Below are positions 5,779 to 6,494 of a stretch of DNA of 6,494 bases, piece after piece (position 1 is the stretch's first letter; every line of letters begins with the position of its first letter). The notes under the pieces are model-generated. The model was not told the origin of the DNA. It did not search any database and worked only from the letters and a program-made list of their open reading frames with translations. The position numbers were made by a program, and so were the translations under genes. Origin of the DNA: a virus; IMG/VR virus record IMGVR_UViG_3300022758_000006, positions 1 through 6,494 of that record; one strand, 5' to 3'.

Positions 5779-6494
5779 TTAAATTTTCTCTTTTCTATAA
5801 TGTTTATTCATCTTCTCACGAACATCATAAGAAGCTTTTTTAAGATTAAGCTCCTCTCTCATAGACATTCGAGCATTGATAGCAGATTGTTGTAAAGAAT
5901 TCATTTGTAAGGATTTTTCATGCTTCAGGACTTGAGAAGAATCAAAGAATACAAGAGCGGTAGACAGGCAGTCAAGCGCATAACTAAATGCTTTATAATA
6001 CAAATCCTCATAAACAGTCTGTGAACAGAGTTGAGGAAGATAATACTTTATAAATGTATCATTTATAACAGTTTTGTAAGGATTATAATAAGGAGTTTTA
6101 CCAGTCATACGAACAAGGCGAAGATATTCTTCAGGATAAGTAAACTTAAAAGGAAGTTTGTATTGCTTATGGAGATAACGAGCAATTTCAAACCAGCGTA
6201 CAGTATCCTTAAAATACTTAATAAAATTAGAGTCATAACACATTGAAGTAGACGGCATAAACTTCATGCGGTAATAACGAGGTAACATTGTAGTCAATGA
6301 TTGTCCAGTATAAATATTAATAACAGACATATCACAAGTATCCGGCTGCTGTTCATAAAAAGCGCGAAGTTTTTCGGCATAGGCAGAACCAATACCGCCA
6401 TTCTTACGGGAAGCGAGCATAAACGTAGGATTCATACCTTTGGGAGCGCATTCGCGTTTACCCATATATTTCATGACATAATTGATACCACCAT
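5779..6494 (-). CDS. VP4: Replication initiation protein VP4/Rep, C-terminal part (the second copy of the junction region is included). The full gene is join(767..1, 6367..5779), about 451 aa.
   Basis: The 231-aa track ORF MKYMGKRE... is the in-frame continuation; its M at 6474 corresponds to position 107, inside motif III. Stop TAA at 5781..5779. Total 1356 nt, which is 451 codons plus stop. Confidence 0.85.
   Translation of the reverse strand, partial: GGINYVMKYMGKRECAPKGMNPTFMLASRKNGGIGSAYAEKLRAFYEQQPDTCDMSVINIYTGQSLTTMLPRYYRMKFMPSTSMCYDSNFIKYFKDTVRWFEIARYLHKQYKLPFKFTYPEEYLRLVRMTGKTPYYNPYKTVINDTFIKYYLPQLCSQTVYEDLYYKAFSYALDCLSTALVFFDSSQVLKHEKSLQMNSLQQSAINARMSMREELNLKKASYDVREKMNKHYRKEKI
6368..6494. 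repeat. Terminal direct repeat, copy 2 (same sequence as 1..127); assembly or concatemer overlap of the circular genome.
   Basis: Exact identity to 1..127 with offset 6367. Confidence 0.9.

Noticed and set aside
6031-6246. Plus-strand 71-aa ORF
   Set aside because: It is antisense to the Rep C-terminal region.
1-6494. CRISPR arrays, tRNA/rRNA genes, transposase or IS elements
   Set aside because: There are no spaced direct repeats, no cloverleaf-like GC-rich 70 to 90-nt segments and no transposase-like ORFs. The whole window is accounted for by the phage genes and two intergenic regions.

Overview
The window holds slightly more than one unit of a small circular ssDNA phage genome of the family Microviridae (gokushovirus/alpavirus-like). 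Positions 1..127 are identical to 6368..6494, so the unit length is 6367 nt and the window overruns the circular junction. All convincing genes lie on the minus strand, so the given strand is the complement of the coding strand. There are three large hallmark genes. The major capsid protein VP1 (733 aa, 2759..4960) carries the motifs ELVP, DYLGLPT and YNAYYRD. A minor capsid/DNA-pilot VP2-like protein (382 aa, 932..2080) has a Gly/Ala-rich N-terminus and a ...NSPAAQMLRLKEAGLNP... motif. A rolling-circle replication initiator VP4/Rep (about 451 aa) spans the junction (767->1 joined to 6367->5779) and carries motif I FITLTY, motif II PHYHIIL and motif III YVMKYMGK. A putative internal-scaffolding (VP3-like) gene sits between VP1 and VP2. 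A tightly coupled cluster of four small ORFs lies between Rep and VP1; one of them encodes a signal-peptide/lipoprotein-like membrane protein directly overlapping the VP1 start. Two structured non-coding regions stand out. One is a terminator-like hairpin directly after VP2. The other is a long intergenic region downstream of VP1, with a GC-rich island carrying hairpins and a (GC)n run next to an imperfect ~65-bp AT-rich palindrome; this is a candidate complementary-strand origin or regulatory region. None of the genes is preceded by a Shine-Dalgarno sequence and the genome is AT-rich, which fits (by inference only) a Bacteroidetes-type host. No tRNA, rRNA, CRISPR array or mobile element was seen. 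All plus-strand ORFs in the track are antisense to the large genes and are judged spurious.
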